Source of the DNA: Alphaproteobacteria bacterium
GTDB taxonomy: Bacteria; Pseudomonadota; Alphaproteobacteria; Rhizobiales; NORP267
Direction of reading: 5' to 3'
DNA: 64,000 nt
Assembly (NCBI GenBank): GCA_028599125.1
Contig: JAQRMX010000011.1
Location: 14,066-78,065 of the forward strand
Under the pieces are notes generated by a model that had not been told where the DNA came from, made no database searches, and saw only the letters and a list, made by a program, of their open reading frames with translations. Below are positions 9,742 through 19,350 of the stretch, piece by piece. Both the position numbers and the translations under genes were made by a program. Every line of letters starts with the position of its first letter. Position 1 is the first letter of the stretch.

Positions 9742-10115
9742 TCAGAAGCCTCCTCTGGAGAGACATGAGAATGAGGATAACTCTGCGTACAATCCTCCAC
9801 CATTTCTTTTTCCATATCATGAGGTGAAATACCTGCAAAAAGGGCCGCGCGCGCAAGGGCGTGAGAAACAAAAGGGCCGCTGAACAAAAAGATAATCAGT
9901 ATGAAAAAAAGACGGGCACTATTCAAAGACCAACCGGACTGCAAAATCATCGCTATAATGATGAAAAAAGAACCCACTGTTTCGGAAACACTCACGGCAT
10001 GCATCCGAGTAAATAATTCAGGCATGCGTATGAGGCCAAATGCACCGACAACATAAAAAAAGCTTCCAAAAATAACAAAAAACCAGCTTACAAGCGTCAG
10101 AACAGAGTCTATCAC
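9729..10115 (-). CDS. mrpG: Mrp subunit G
   Basis: 128 aa with the MnhG signature GAFGLIRMPELFTRMHAVSVSETVG. GTG start overlaps the mrpF stop (GTGA). Confidence 0.8.
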   Translation of the reverse strand: MIDSVLTLVSWFFVIFGSFFYVVGAFGLIRMPELFTRMHAVSVSETVGSFFIIIAMILQSGWSLNSARLFFILIIFLFSGPFVSHALARAALFAGISPHDMEKEMVEDCTQSYPHSHVSPEEASECNQ

Positions 10116-10390
10116 TCTACAGGCTCCTCACCTACATGACTGAGATCGCCATGACGCCAGAACTTTAAAAACGCAAGCGTGCTGACAAAATTGAGTAACG
10201 CAAGGGTAAGGCTGACATCTATAAAATCAGGCCGCTCATTGAGAAAGCCCACAACAATAAGCAATAAAGTTACGCCGGTTCCTATTGAGTTAGATGCTAA
10301 AGCCCGATCAAAAACAGTCGGCCCCCTCAAGGCTCGGAATAATGAGAAAACAAGAGCGACAAGAAGCGCTAAAGACATAAATGCAAACAT
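10112..10390 (-). CDS. mrpF: Mrp subunit F
   Basis: 92 aa with the MnhF-like signature FRALRGPTVFDRALASNSIG and three TM helices. The ATG overlaps the mrpE stop (TAATG). Confidence 0.8.
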   Translation of the reverse strand: MFAFMSLALLVALVFSLFRALRGPTVFDRALASNSIGTGVTLLLIVVGFLNERPDFIDVSLTLALLNFVSTLAFLKFWRHGDLSHVGEEPVE

Positions 10391-10863
10391 TATTTCCCCC
10401 TTTCCAATCGCGTCACACGTGCATCCATCTCACCACGTTTCAGATCTGCTACGCCCTCCTTTGTCAAGGCGTGAACAACAACATTGTTCACATCAAGCCT
10501 GATAGCAATTGTCCCGGGCGTCAAAGTCACAGAATTAGCGAAAACATTGATTCCGAGAGCCGTTTTCTGGCTTGAACGAAGGGAAAACACGTTTGGCGAG
10601 ATTGGCAAGGACGGATCAAGTATAATTTTGGTAACCGATAAAGCGGATTTAAAAATCTCAACAATCAGCCATGGCCAATAAGTCAAAAGGCCTCTGTACA
10701 ACTCAATTGGGAACCCCTCTCTATCTACAACCTGCATGTAGGAAGCAAAACAAACAACCAGGAAAGCAGACATAAAACCTGCCATAACCAAGAAAGTAGT
10801 GTAATGCCCAGAGAGAAGCAACCAGAAACCGAAGAGAATAAGACCAAGACTAACGTAACGCAT
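10390..10863 (-). CDS. mrpE: Mrp subunit E
   Basis: 157 aa with MnhE-like motifs WLLLSGHYT and NSVTLTPGTIAIRLD...VVVHAL. First gene of the operon. Confidence 0.8.
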   Translation of the reverse strand: MRYVSLGLILFGFWLLLSGHYTTFLVMAGFMSAFLVVCFASYMQVVDREGFPIELYRGLLTYWPWLIVEIFKSALSVTKIILDPSLPISPNVFSLRSSQKTALGINVFANSVTLTPGTIAIRLDVNNVVVHALTKEGVADLKRGEMDARVTRLERGK

Positions 10864-10931
10864 TCCCAGCTTTCCTTACATTTCAACGGAATAAAAAACA
10901 GGCTGAAATAAATCTCAGACGCACAGACCAA

Positions 10932-10971
10932 ACGCAGAAACGCAGAAACGCAGAAACGCAGAAACGCAGAA
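10932..10971. repeat. perfect octanucleotide tandem repeat (ACGCAGAA x5)
   Basis: Counted directly as five contiguous perfect 8-bp units, 69-108 nt upstream of the mrpE start, in the spacer shared with divergent sodB. Confidence 0.95.
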
Positions 10972-11398
10972 AACACCTTCCCTATGAAAGGGAAACAAAA
11001 ATAGCCCCTGCACGCGCATACCCTCATATATCAATATCGCTCCGACTGCAAGAATAAGGACAAGAAACAACAGAGGAGGCAATACCAGATAAGAGACGAA
11101 ACGACAGAAAGCAACCTGAAAAAAGTGAATAACCTCCTAAACATCAAGAAGAGGCGTCCTTAATCCCGCGTCCGGAAAAATCGGCACCTCGCCACGTTTT
11201 TTACTCTTCTGCCGCTATAGTAAAAATATTAATTGGTGAACCTATAAAATGAAAGAAAGCATTCCGTTCTTATCCGAGATAACCTAATCATTAATAAAAA
11301 ATAGGTAAAAAACATATCATCACTAAAAAAGTAAAATTGAATCTGATGGGGAACAAAGCTAGAATAAACCTTCAAGTTAAAGTACTAAGGAGATTAAT

Positions 11399-12007
11399 AT
11401 GATTTTTACGCTTCCTGATTTGCCATACACCTATGGCGCATTACAGCCTTATATGTCCTCAACAACCTTGGAATTTCACCACGAAAAGCATCATCAGGCC
11501 TATGTCAATAATCTCAACAGACTACTTCCTGAATCCAGCCTTGAGGGACAATCTTTGGTTAATATTGTTAAAAAAAGTTACATGAATTTCCCTGATTTAT
11601 TTAATAATGCAGGACAGCACTACAACCATAGTCTTTTCTGGAACTGGATGAAAAAAGATGGTGGTGGGACCGCAATCCCGGCAAACTTACAGAAAGGAAT
11701 TGATCGTGACCTTGGAGGCTATGAACAATTTCGTACAAAATTCATTGACGCAGGTACAAACCAATTTGGCTCGGGCTGGTGCTGGCTGGAAGTCAAAGAT
11801 GGGATTTTTTCTATCTCGCAAACACCAAATGGTGAAAATCCACTGATCCACGGCGCTGTTCCTCTCTTGGGATGTGATGTCTGGGAGCACTCTTACTATC
11901 TGGATTATCGCAACCTGAGAAAAAAGTACCTCGAAGTATTTTTTGATCACCTGATCAATTGGGAATATGTTGAAGAACTCTATTCCACTTCTGGGACAGA
12001 AACATAA
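11399..12007 (+). CDS. sodB: Fe-type superoxide dismutase
   Basis: Metal-ligand motifs HHEKHHQAY and DVWEHSYYLDYRN. The Gln in AGQHYNH is typical of Fe-SOD. Strong RBS (TAAGGAGattaatATG). Confidence 0.9.
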   Translation: MIFTLPDLPYTYGALQPYMSSTTLEFHHEKHHQAYVNNLNRLLPESSLEGQSLVNIVKKSYMNFPDLFNNAGQHYNHSLFWNWMKKDGGGTAIPANLQKGIDRDLGGYEQFRTKFIDAGTNQFGSGWCWLEVKDGIFSISQTPNGENPLIHGAVPLLGCDVWEHSYYLDYRNLRKKYLEVFFDHLINWEYVEELYSTSGTET

Positions 12008-12339
12008 GGGATATTTTCTCAAAATTTCCAGGGTTCGCGTCGTTTGGGGGAGAAGGGTATCTTTCCTCCCTCAAGATTCGAAATAACGGGGAGAGATATA
12101 TTTCTTGTAATTTCACTGGATTATCTGAAATGACGTTTCATTCCTTTTTGATATTCTACACCTCAGTACCGGGATCATTCAAAACGCTAAATGATAGAAC
12201 CGCGTAGCCTGTCAGGACCAACACCCGTGTGTTTTCCTCTATGGAATTAACAGCCCCTATTCCCTGGACAAACAGGCATAGAATATAAATATATGCATGT
12301 CAGTTGACAGATCCTTTCCTGTTCTCATACTTTCTCTCT

Positions 12340-13572
12340 ATGTCTCAGGCTGACGCTATACAGAATCAAAAAACCTATGATGTCCTGTCTCTTTCCCGAC
12401 GTCTGATCCGCTTTCGGTCAGTCACCCCTCATGGCGACGGTGCGCTGGATGACCTGCAAGCCCTGTTCAGTCATTTAGGATTTACCTGTCACCGGCTCGT
12501 CTTTTCAGAGCCGGGAACCCCGGATATTGACAATCTCTATGCCCGCCTCGGGACAAAGAATCCCCATTTCTGCTTTGCCGGGCATATTGATGTTACGCCT
12601 CCTGGTGATGAATTATCCTGGACGTTTCCTCCCTTTGAAGGAGCCGTCCATGAGGGGTACCTCTATGGTCGGGGGGCCGCAGATATGAAGGGAGGGATTG
12701 CCGCTTTCCTTGCGGCAACTAGCACCTTTATCTCCCAGCAATATGGAAATATACCGGGATCCATAAGCTTTCTCATTACCGGTGATGAAGAAGGCCCCGC
12801 GCTCAATGGATCAGTAAAGATGTTGCAGTGGATCGCTCATCAAGGCGAAACGATTGATCATTGCCTCGTTGGTGAACCAACTAATCCCTGTGCCATTGGA
12901 GACATGATAAAGATAGGCCGTCGCGGAAGCCTCTCCTTCACTCTAACAACATATGGCAAGCAAGGGCATATCGCCCATCCGCACCTCGCTGAAAATCCTG
13001 TAAGCGGTATGATTCACCTGACTTCGGCTCTCCTTGGAATTTCCTTGGATAATGGAACTGACTTATTCGAGCCCTCAAACCTTGAATTCACAACAATTGA
13101 CGTGAACAATCCCGCAAAAAACGTCATACCTGCGCAGGCAATGGCCCAATTCAATATACGATTTAACGATATATGGACATCACAGACACTAGAGAAGAAA
13201 ATTCGGACAACCCTTGAGGAAACCAAGCAAAAAAATCATCTCATCAATTATAAACTGGACTGTCAAAGTAATGCTGAAGCTTTTTTTACCCCTCCTGATG
13301 CATTTACAAAACTTATCATCAATGCTGTCCAGCATGTCTCAGGACAGCAGCCTGAGCTTTCCACTTCCGGTGGCACATCAGACGCCCGTTTTGTCAGAAC
13401 CTACTGTCCCGTCGTTGAATTCGGCCTTACAGGCGGGACTATACATCAAGTTGACGAGTGTGTTCGTGTCGCTGATCTTTATGACCTCACTGCGATATAT
13501 CTTCGTATACTGGAGAGCTATTTTAAGCTGGATGACGCGTCATCGGGAGCATCCGGAAGTAAACCCGGATAG
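12340..13572 (+). CDS. dapE: succinyl-diaminopimelate desuccinylase (M20 peptidase)
   Basis: Motifs AGHIDVTPPGD, LYGRGAADMKGG and ITGDEEGPA. Start moved from the TTG at 12304 to the ATG at 12340 (MSQADAIQN...). Confidence 0.85.
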   Translation: MSQADAIQNQKTYDVLSLSRRLIRFRSVTPHGDGALDDLQALFSHLGFTCHRLVFSEPGTPDIDNLYARLGTKNPHFCFAGHIDVTPPGDELSWTFPPFEGAVHEGYLYGRGAADMKGGIAAFLAATSTFISQQYGNIPGSISFLITGDEEGPALNGSVKMLQWIAHQGETIDHCLVGEPTNPCAIGDMIKIGRRGSLSFTLTTYGKQGHIAHPHLAENPVSGMIHLTSALLGISLDNGTDLFEPSNLEFTTIDVNNPAKNVIPAQAMAQFNIRFNDIWTSQTLEKKIRTTLEETKQKNHLINYKLDCQSNAEAFFTPPDAFTKLIINAVQHVSGQQPELSTSGGTSDARFVRTYCPVVEFGLTGGTIHQVDECVRVADLYDLTAIYLRILESYFKLDDASSGASGSKPG

Positions 13573-14303
13573 TCAACACGCATAAGATAGAGACCACAGG
13601 CCGGAGCCACAGAACCGCATAATTGCCGGTCACAGGCCTCCAGAGCTACTTTTACATCCGCAATACTACGCTTTCTTTCGCCAACAAGTTTAATCATCCC
13701 AACCATGGAACGTACTTGCTTGTGTAAAAAGGAGCGAGCAGAAACGCAAAATATAAATTCATCACCCAGATGATGAATTTCCAGTTTTTCCAATGTCTTT
13801 ACAGGAGAACGAGACTGGCAGGAAACAGACCTAAATGTCGTGAAATCATGTCGACCAATAAGGAGACCCGCCGCTACACGCATGGCCTCCACATCAAGTG
13901 GTACACAAACCTGCCAAGCCCGGCCATAATCCAGAGCAAGGGGAGAACGACGAAAAATAATCCGGTAAAAATAATGACGGCCAATAGCAGAAAAGCGCGC
14001 ATCAAAGGTCTCATCAACGGTCTCGGCACGTAAAATAGAAATCGGAGACGGCTTCAGGTGATAATTGATTGCATCACGCACCGTATTGCAAAGCCAGGAA
14101 CCGGGAAGATTAAAATGCGCCACCTGCCCCCGCGCATGCACACCGGCATCAGTGCGCCCCGCTCCTTTCAAAAGAACAGATGAACCAGAAAAGCGTTCAA
14201 CAGCCTCCATTATACTTTGCTGGACGGAAGGAAGGCCCTTTTGCATTTGCCAGCCGCAAAAGGGCGTACCGTCATATTCAATAGTCAGCTTATAACGCGA
14301 CAC
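13518..14303 (-). CDS. truA: tRNA pseudouridine(38-40) synthase
   Basis: N-terminus YKLTIEYDGTPFCGWQMQ and the catalytic motif GAGRTDAGVHARGQVAHF. GTG start 3 nt after the fmt stop. Confidence 0.9.
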   Translation of the reverse strand: MSRYKLTIEYDGTPFCGWQMQKGLPSVQQSIMEAVERFSGSSVLLKGAGRTDAGVHARGQVAHFNLPGSWLCNTVRDAINYHLKPSPISILRAETVDETFDARFSAIGRHYFYRIIFRRSPLALDYGRAWQVCVPLDVEAMRVAAGLLIGRHDFTTFRSVSCQSRSPVKTLEKLEIHHLGDEFIFCVSARSFLHKQVRSMVGMIKLVGERKRSIADVKVALEACDRQLCGSVAPACGLYLMRVDYPGLLPDAPDDASSSLK

Positions 14304-14306
14304 GTC

Positions 14307-15251
14307 CTACATCACCATATCACCAGAAGACAGTGAAAAAGCACCGCCTAAAAACTCTTTCGTAGAGACAGGCTTTTTCCCCGCCCGCTGTAAGCTGTGG
14401 ACACGCACTGCCCCAGTACCACAGGCCATAATCAGATCAGGCCCGGCATCAAGAATAGCACCAGGCTTGCCACTGAATTCTTCCGCCAGGGACGTGCTCA
14501 AAATTTTAACCCGCTCCGTGTCTGCACCAAGATGCATATAGCACCAAGCACCGGGAGAGGGCGATAACCCACGGATATGGTCATGGACGGCACGTGCGGA
14601 ATATGACCAGTTAATCATCGTTTCATCTTTACTGATTTTTCTTGCATAGGTCACACTTTCTCCCTCAGACTGTGGCACGTAATCCAGCCCCCCGCAAGAC
14701 AAGGCACAAAGCGCCCCTATCATAAGGTCAGCACCACGGCCTGCCAGAATATCGTGCAAGGCACCGGCGGTCATATCCGGACCAATCGCGACCCTCTCTG
14801 ACAGGCAAACCGGACCTGTATCAAGACCTTCATCCATGCGCATTATCGCAACACCAGTTTCGCTATCGCCAGCCATCACGGCCCTTTGAACTGGAGCAGC
14901 CCCCCGCCATCGTGGTAAGAGTGATGCATGCAAATTAAGACAGCCATAAGGAGGCATCTCCAGTATATTCCGGGGCAACATGAGACCATATGAAACCACG
15001 ATAACCACATCGGCTTCATGACCTACAAAGATTGCACTGACCTCCTCATTCCGAAGCATAGGGGGAGCCAGAACAGGAAGGCCTACAGAATCCGCGAATA
15101 AATGGACAGGACTCTTGTAAAGCTTCATTCCCCGGCCCGCCGGACGTGGCGGCCTGGTATAGATGGCAGCAATATCATAGCCCTGACCGAAAATTTCAGC
15201 AAAAACTGGAACAGCAAAATCAGATGTGCCCATCAGTACCAGACGCAGCAT
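14307..15251 (-). CDS. fmt: methionyl-tRNA formyltransferase
   Basis: LVLMGTSDFAVPVF N-terminus and NLHASLLPRWRGAAPVQRAVMAGD. Sits in the classical def-fmt arrangement. Confidence 0.9.
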   Translation of the reverse strand: MLRLVLMGTSDFAVPVFAEIFGQGYDIAAIYTRPPRPAGRGMKLYKSPVHLFADSVGLPVLAPPMLRNEEVSAIFVGHEADVVIVVSYGLMLPRNILEMPPYGCLNLHASLLPRWRGAAPVQRAVMAGDSETGVAIMRMDEGLDTGPVCLSERVAIGPDMTAGALHDILAGRGADLMIGALCALSCGGLDYVPQSEGESVTYARKISKDETMINWSYSARAVHDHIRGLSPSPGAWCYMHLGADTERVKILSTSLAEEFSGKPGAILDAGPDLIMACGTGAVRVHSLQRAGKKPVSTKEFLGGAFSLSSGDMVM

Positions 15252-15280
15252 CGCCCCCTCTCAGACAGCAAGAAGCCTCC

Positions 15281-15799
15281 TCAGACCGCTCCTTTGCGTT
15301 TCATTAGCTTGGTAAATTTCTTTGTGATGTTATCACGCTTCAGTTTCGAAAGGTGATCAATAAACAGAACACCATTCAAATGATCCAACTCATGCTGGAC
15401 AACGGTCGCCATGAGCCCATCACAATCCAGAGAGCGCTCTATTCCCCTCTCATCAAGAAAACGAACGACACAACAGGCTGGACGATCAACTTTTGCGAAA
15501 AAATCAGGAAGGGATAAACAGCCTTCCTCATAAGTGGACATCTCCTCTGAAACGGAAACAAGCTCAGGATTAATCAAACATGTAAACTGCGGCTCCGTCC
15601 CTTCATCTTTAAGGTCCATGATAAAAATACGCTTAGGAAAACCAATCTGAATCGCAGCTAACCCCACGCCTGCTACAGCATACATACTGTTAAGCATTTT
15701 TCGTATCAACAAGTGAATTTCGTCGTCAATACAGTCAACAGGTTCAGAAACAGAACGAAGGCGCGCGTCTGGGAAGATGACAATCTCACATATAGCCAT
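15281..15799 (-). CDS. def: peptide deformylase
   Basis: All three deformylase motifs are present: GVGLAAIQIG, EGCLSLP and HELDHLNG. Confidence 0.92.
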   Translation of the reverse strand: MAICEIVIFPDARLRSVSEPVDCIDDEIHLLIRKMLNSMYAVAGVGLAAIQIGFPKRIFIMDLKDEGTEPQFTCLINPELVSVSEEMSTYEEGCLSLPDFFAKVDRPACCVVRFLDERGIERSLDCDGLMATVVQHELDHLNGVLFIDHLSKLKRDNITKKFTKLMKRKGAV

Positions 15800-16000
15800 C
15801 AGAACCAGATAGACAAAAGATGGATGCAGGTCAATCTGTTCTGCTTGCTGAAAGCTTCAGGCTGTGTTTTTCTCGTCACTTTACTCAGACTGCTCTCTCT
15901 GGGACATGAAGGAAATCCTGCAAGATGCCAATTACAGGGGCCACAGGAGGCCCGGCTCCGGAGTTCCATACGGGAGCCTGCAAGATAAACGGATCGTTTC

Positions 16001-17155
16001 ATGCAGGTATGTTCATTCAGAAAGATACCGATGACAATGACTGAAGCAATAGCTCCCTATATATGGATTCTTTTTTCCGCTCTTCTTCTCGCAGTGGCTT
16101 TTGCCTTGCAACAGGTCTATGCACGCTTCAGGGCAATCAGAGCAGACATAATCTCCACACAACAAAGAATGGAGACACGATTTTCAGAATTAATAAAAGC
16201 AAATAACGAAATAACAGGACAATTGAAAGTAACGAATGAAATTTCGATAGCCCAGAGAAGTGATTCATTACGCACCATTCGTGAAACACTTGACAAAGCT
16301 GGCCACAGGGTGAACGAAAATATTGCAACAAACAATGAGCGTACATCTGAAACGCTCAACAGACTTCATGAGAGAATCGCTATCATTAATTCAGCTCAGG
16401 CAAGCATTGTTAATCTGTCAAGCCAATTTGTTACCTTGCAAGAGACCCTATCTGATAAGCAACAGAGAGGTGCTTTCGGACAAGGATGTATGGAATCAAT
16501 CATCAGGGATATGCTCCCTGGTCATACATTTTCCTTTCAGGCAACACTTTCAAATAAAAACCGGCCTGACTGTCTTATTTCACTCCCGAATACAAAAGAA
16601 AAAATCGTTGTGGACGCTAAATTTCCCCTTGAAGCCTTCACTGCCATGAAAAAATCCGTGAGCCCGGATCATTTGAAAGAGGCACAAAAAAGATTGCGGC
16701 AGGACGTAACAAAGCACATAAAAGATATAAGGGAGCGGTATTTCATACCGGGGGAAACACAAGATAACACCATCATGTTCGTGCCATCAGAGTCGGTCTA
16801 TGCCGACCTGTATGAGCATTTTGATGATATCATTCAGAAAGCCTACCGTATGCGGGTCATAATCGTCTCACCCAGCATGTTGATGCTGTCAGTGCAGGTC
16901 ATGCGATCTCTCATAAGAGACACACAGATACGACAAAAGGCGGATCTCATCCGGGACGAAATTACCTTTCTTGTCGAAGATGTTCACAGGCTTCGGAAAC
17001 GGGCCCTGGACCTTCAAAAACACTTTGATCAGGCAACACATGATGTCAAACAAGTCCTTTTATCGGCAGATAAAATAAAAATAAGAGGACAAAAAATTGA
17101 AGAAACAGGGATCGAAGAAGAAAGAAAAACAGAAGATATAGAAAAAAAAACATAA
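16001..17155 (+). CDS. rmuC: DNA recombination protein RmuC
   Basis: N-terminal TM helix, a long coiled-coil region, and a C-terminal RmuC nuclease-like region (MFVPSESVYADLYEHFDD). The start is uncertain (ATG at 16001, 16031 or 16037). Confidence 0.8.
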   Translation: MQVCSFRKIPMTMTEAIAPYIWILFSALLLAVAFALQQVYARFRAIRADIISTQQRMETRFSELIKANNEITGQLKVTNEISIAQRSDSLRTIRETLDKAGHRVNENIATNNERTSETLNRLHERIAIINSAQASIVNLSSQFVTLQETLSDKQQRGAFGQGCMESIIRDMLPGHTFSFQATLSNKNRPDCLISLPNTKEKIVVDAKFPLEAFTAMKKSVSPDHLKEAQKRLRQDVTKHIKDIRERYFIPGETQDNTIMFVPSESVYADLYEHFDDIIQKAYRMRVIIVSPSMLMLSVQVMRSLIRDTQIRQKADLIRDEITFLVEDVHRLRKRALDLQKHFDQATHDVKQVLLSADKIKIRGQKIEETGIEEERKTEDIEKKT

Positions 17156-17259
17156 ACTATTGATAATATTGGAATATATCCTCTGGTCTAATTTTGATAA
17201 AACGTATAGAAGAGAAATCATTCGAATGGTTCAACCTAAATTTCAGTGATGGATTTATT

Positions 17260-18663
17260 ATGCAAAAAAATTCCTGTTCTTGTTTTCAATTTCTGAACTC
17301 ACTGAAAGTATTTTTCAGTCCGCGCATGCTAGTTATTTTTCTCTTAGGATTTTCTTCTGGTCTACCTCTTATCCTCTCCGGCTCAACACTGGCCATTAAT
17401 GTGAAGGATTCCGGAGGAAGTCTTGAAGCCATAGGTCTTTACGCCCTTGTAGGGCTACCTTACACACTCAAATTTACCTGGGCCCCCTTCCTTGACGCCT
17501 GGCGTTTTCCTTTTCTGTCAAAATGGTTTGGCCATCGTCGCAGCTGGTTGCTCTTTTCACAAATTCTCCTCTTTTTTACCATTCTTGCCCTTGGTTCACT
17601 CAATCCGCTCCTCTCTCCCTTTTTACTCGGGTTGGCGGCTTTCGCCGTCGCTTTTTCTTCCGCTACACAGGATATTCTCATTGATGCCTTCCGCGTTGAA
17701 TATCTCAAAAATAATGAACAAGCCACCGGAACGGCTTATTACGTCCTTGCCTACCGGATAGGACTACTGGTCGGAGGCGCCGCACTCATCCTTTTGGTAG
17801 CATCCCTCAAAGATATAGGGATCTCCTCGACCGATGCCTGGTTCTACGGTTATGTAGCAGCAGCATGCCTGATGTTTATAGGCATCGGAACAACGCTGGC
17901 AACAAGAGAACCCACAGAATCGTTAAGTCGGAAAAAGAGAAACGATGATACAGATGGTGCCACCAGATACAGAGATACCGGAACGCCCTTCTCACGACTT
18001 TATTACAGCGTAACAAATTCATTTCGTGATTTTCTTCTCAGGCCTGATGCCATATTTGTCCTTCTTTTCATCGTCTTCTACAAATTTTGCGATACTTTTG
18101 CCGGGATAATGATAGGCCCCTTCCTTCTAGATATTGGATTCTCTCTCAAAAGTTACGCCTCCATTGTCAAGGGTATTGGATTCTTCGCATCGATTCTCGG
18201 TGGTTTTGCAGGTGGCTTCATAGCTCGCAATCAGCCCATCGGGCGCTCACTTCTGATCGCCGGTATCTTGCAAATGATCTCTAATCTCGGTCTGATCTGG
18301 CAAGCCTGGATCGGTGTAAGTGCCCTATCACTCTCCATTGTCATCAGCATAGAAAATTTCACCGGTGCCGCAGGAACTGTTATCTTTGTTGCCTACATTG
18401 CCGCACTGTGCAACAACCCGCTCTACACAGCAACACACTTTGCACTCCTTACCTCCCTTTCCAGCATTGGACGGGTTTTTCTCCCATCCTTGTCTGGATT
18501 TGTTGCGGTAGCCATGGGGTGGATACCCTTCTTTTTCCTCAGCATTTTCATGGCTCTCCCCAGTCTCGCGATCTTCCTCCAACTGCAGCGCCGTCAGCAT
18601 TTCGCTAAGCTTGAATGTGAGCAGGACAAATACGAACAAAAAATAAAGACCGGCGAGGATTAA
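17260..18663 (+). CDS. ampG: AmpG-family muropeptide MFS permease
   Basis: AmpG signature LLGFSSGLPLILSGSTL...GLPYTLKFTWAPFLDAW and a 12+ TM profile. Start moved from the TTG at 17194 to the ATG at 17260. Confidence 0.8.
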   Translation: MQKNSCSCFQFLNSLKVFFSPRMLVIFLLGFSSGLPLILSGSTLAINVKDSGGSLEAIGLYALVGLPYTLKFTWAPFLDAWRFPFLSKWFGHRRSWLLFSQILLFFTILALGSLNPLLSPFLLGLAAFAVAFSSATQDILIDAFRVEYLKNNEQATGTAYYVLAYRIGLLVGGAALILLVASLKDIGISSTDAWFYGYVAAACLMFIGIGTTLATREPTESLSRKKRNDDTDGATRYRDTGTPFSRLYYSVTNSFRDFLLRPDAIFVLLFIVFYKFCDTFAGIMIGPFLLDIGFSLKSYASIVKGIGFFASILGGFAGGFIARNQPIGRSLLIAGILQMISNLGLIWQAWIGVSALSLSIVISIENFTGAAGTVIFVAYIAALCNNPLYTATHFALLTSLSSIGRVFLPSLSGFVAVAMGWIPFFFLSIFMALPSLAIFLQLQRRQHFAKLECEQDKYEQKIKTGED

Positions 18664-18732
18664 TCTCAGGCATGATGATCTCAGGAAAAGCGACAGAGAC
18701 ATATCAGGAAAGATAATAAAAAGAAAAAATGA

Positions 18733-19338
18733 TCAGAAAATAGTGCGCGCATTAATAGCAGCGGCAAGGGTTCCATCATCAAGATAGTCAAGTTCCCCGC
18801 CTACAGGAATACCCTGGGCAAGACGTGAGACTCTGACATTGCAGTCGCCCAGAATATCAGTGATATAGTGCGCCGTTGTATGACCCTCCACAGTTGAATT
18901 CACTGCAAGCAGTATCTCCTGCACTTCCGGTACGCACGCACGCTCAATCAGTCGTTTGATGTTCAGATCATGAGGACTGATCCCATCAAGCGCTGAAAGA
19001 ACACCGCCAAGAACATGATAATGAGAATTCATGACGCGCGCACGCTCAAGCGCCCAAAGATCAGACACATCTTCAACGACACAAATAACAGACAGATCAC
19101 GCTTTGGATCAATACACACGCAACAGGGGTCAGTTGTGTCAATATTTCCGCAACAACTGCATATCTTGATAGAATCAGCGACCATTTCCAAAGCTCTAGA
19201 CAAAGGACGAAGCAGCTGCTCTTCACGCTTGATGAGATATAAAACGACCCGTCGTGCAGAACGCAAGCCTAATCCGGGAAGACCTGAAAATAAACGAATA
19301 AGCTTTTCGATTTCAGAACCAATAGCAGCACGAGCCAT
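18733..19338 (-). CDS. recR: recombination protein RecR
   Basis: HhH motif [12 protein letters not shown]4 zinc finger [16 protein letters not shown] and a Toprim region. Conserved dnaX-ybaB-recR order. Confidence 0.92.
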   Translation of the reverse strand: MARAAIGSEIEKLIRLFSGLPGLGLRSARRVVLYLIKREEQLLRPLSRALEMVADSIKICSCCGNIDTTDPCCVCIDPKRDLSVICVVEDVSDLWALERARVMNSHYHVLGGVLSALDGISPHDLNIKRLIERACVPEVQEILLAVNSTVEGHTTAHYITDILGDCNVRVSRLAQGIPVGGELDYLDDGTLAAAINARTIF

Positions 19339-19350
19339 AAAAAATGCTCC

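Noticed and set aside
10932-10971. Tandem repeats (also 39079..39114 and 41010..41069) as possible CRISPR arrays
   Set aside because: The units are 8-15 bp and directly contiguous with no unique spacers, and there are no cas genes. They are microsatellite or minisatellite repeats, not CRISPR.
11278-11295. Fur-box-like GATAACCTAATCATTAAT upstream of sodB
   Set aside because: It matches the 19-bp Fur consensus only after introducing a gap, and it sits in AT-rich DNA. Iron control in this lineage is usually through Irr/RirA rather than classical Fur boxes. This is too weak to call.
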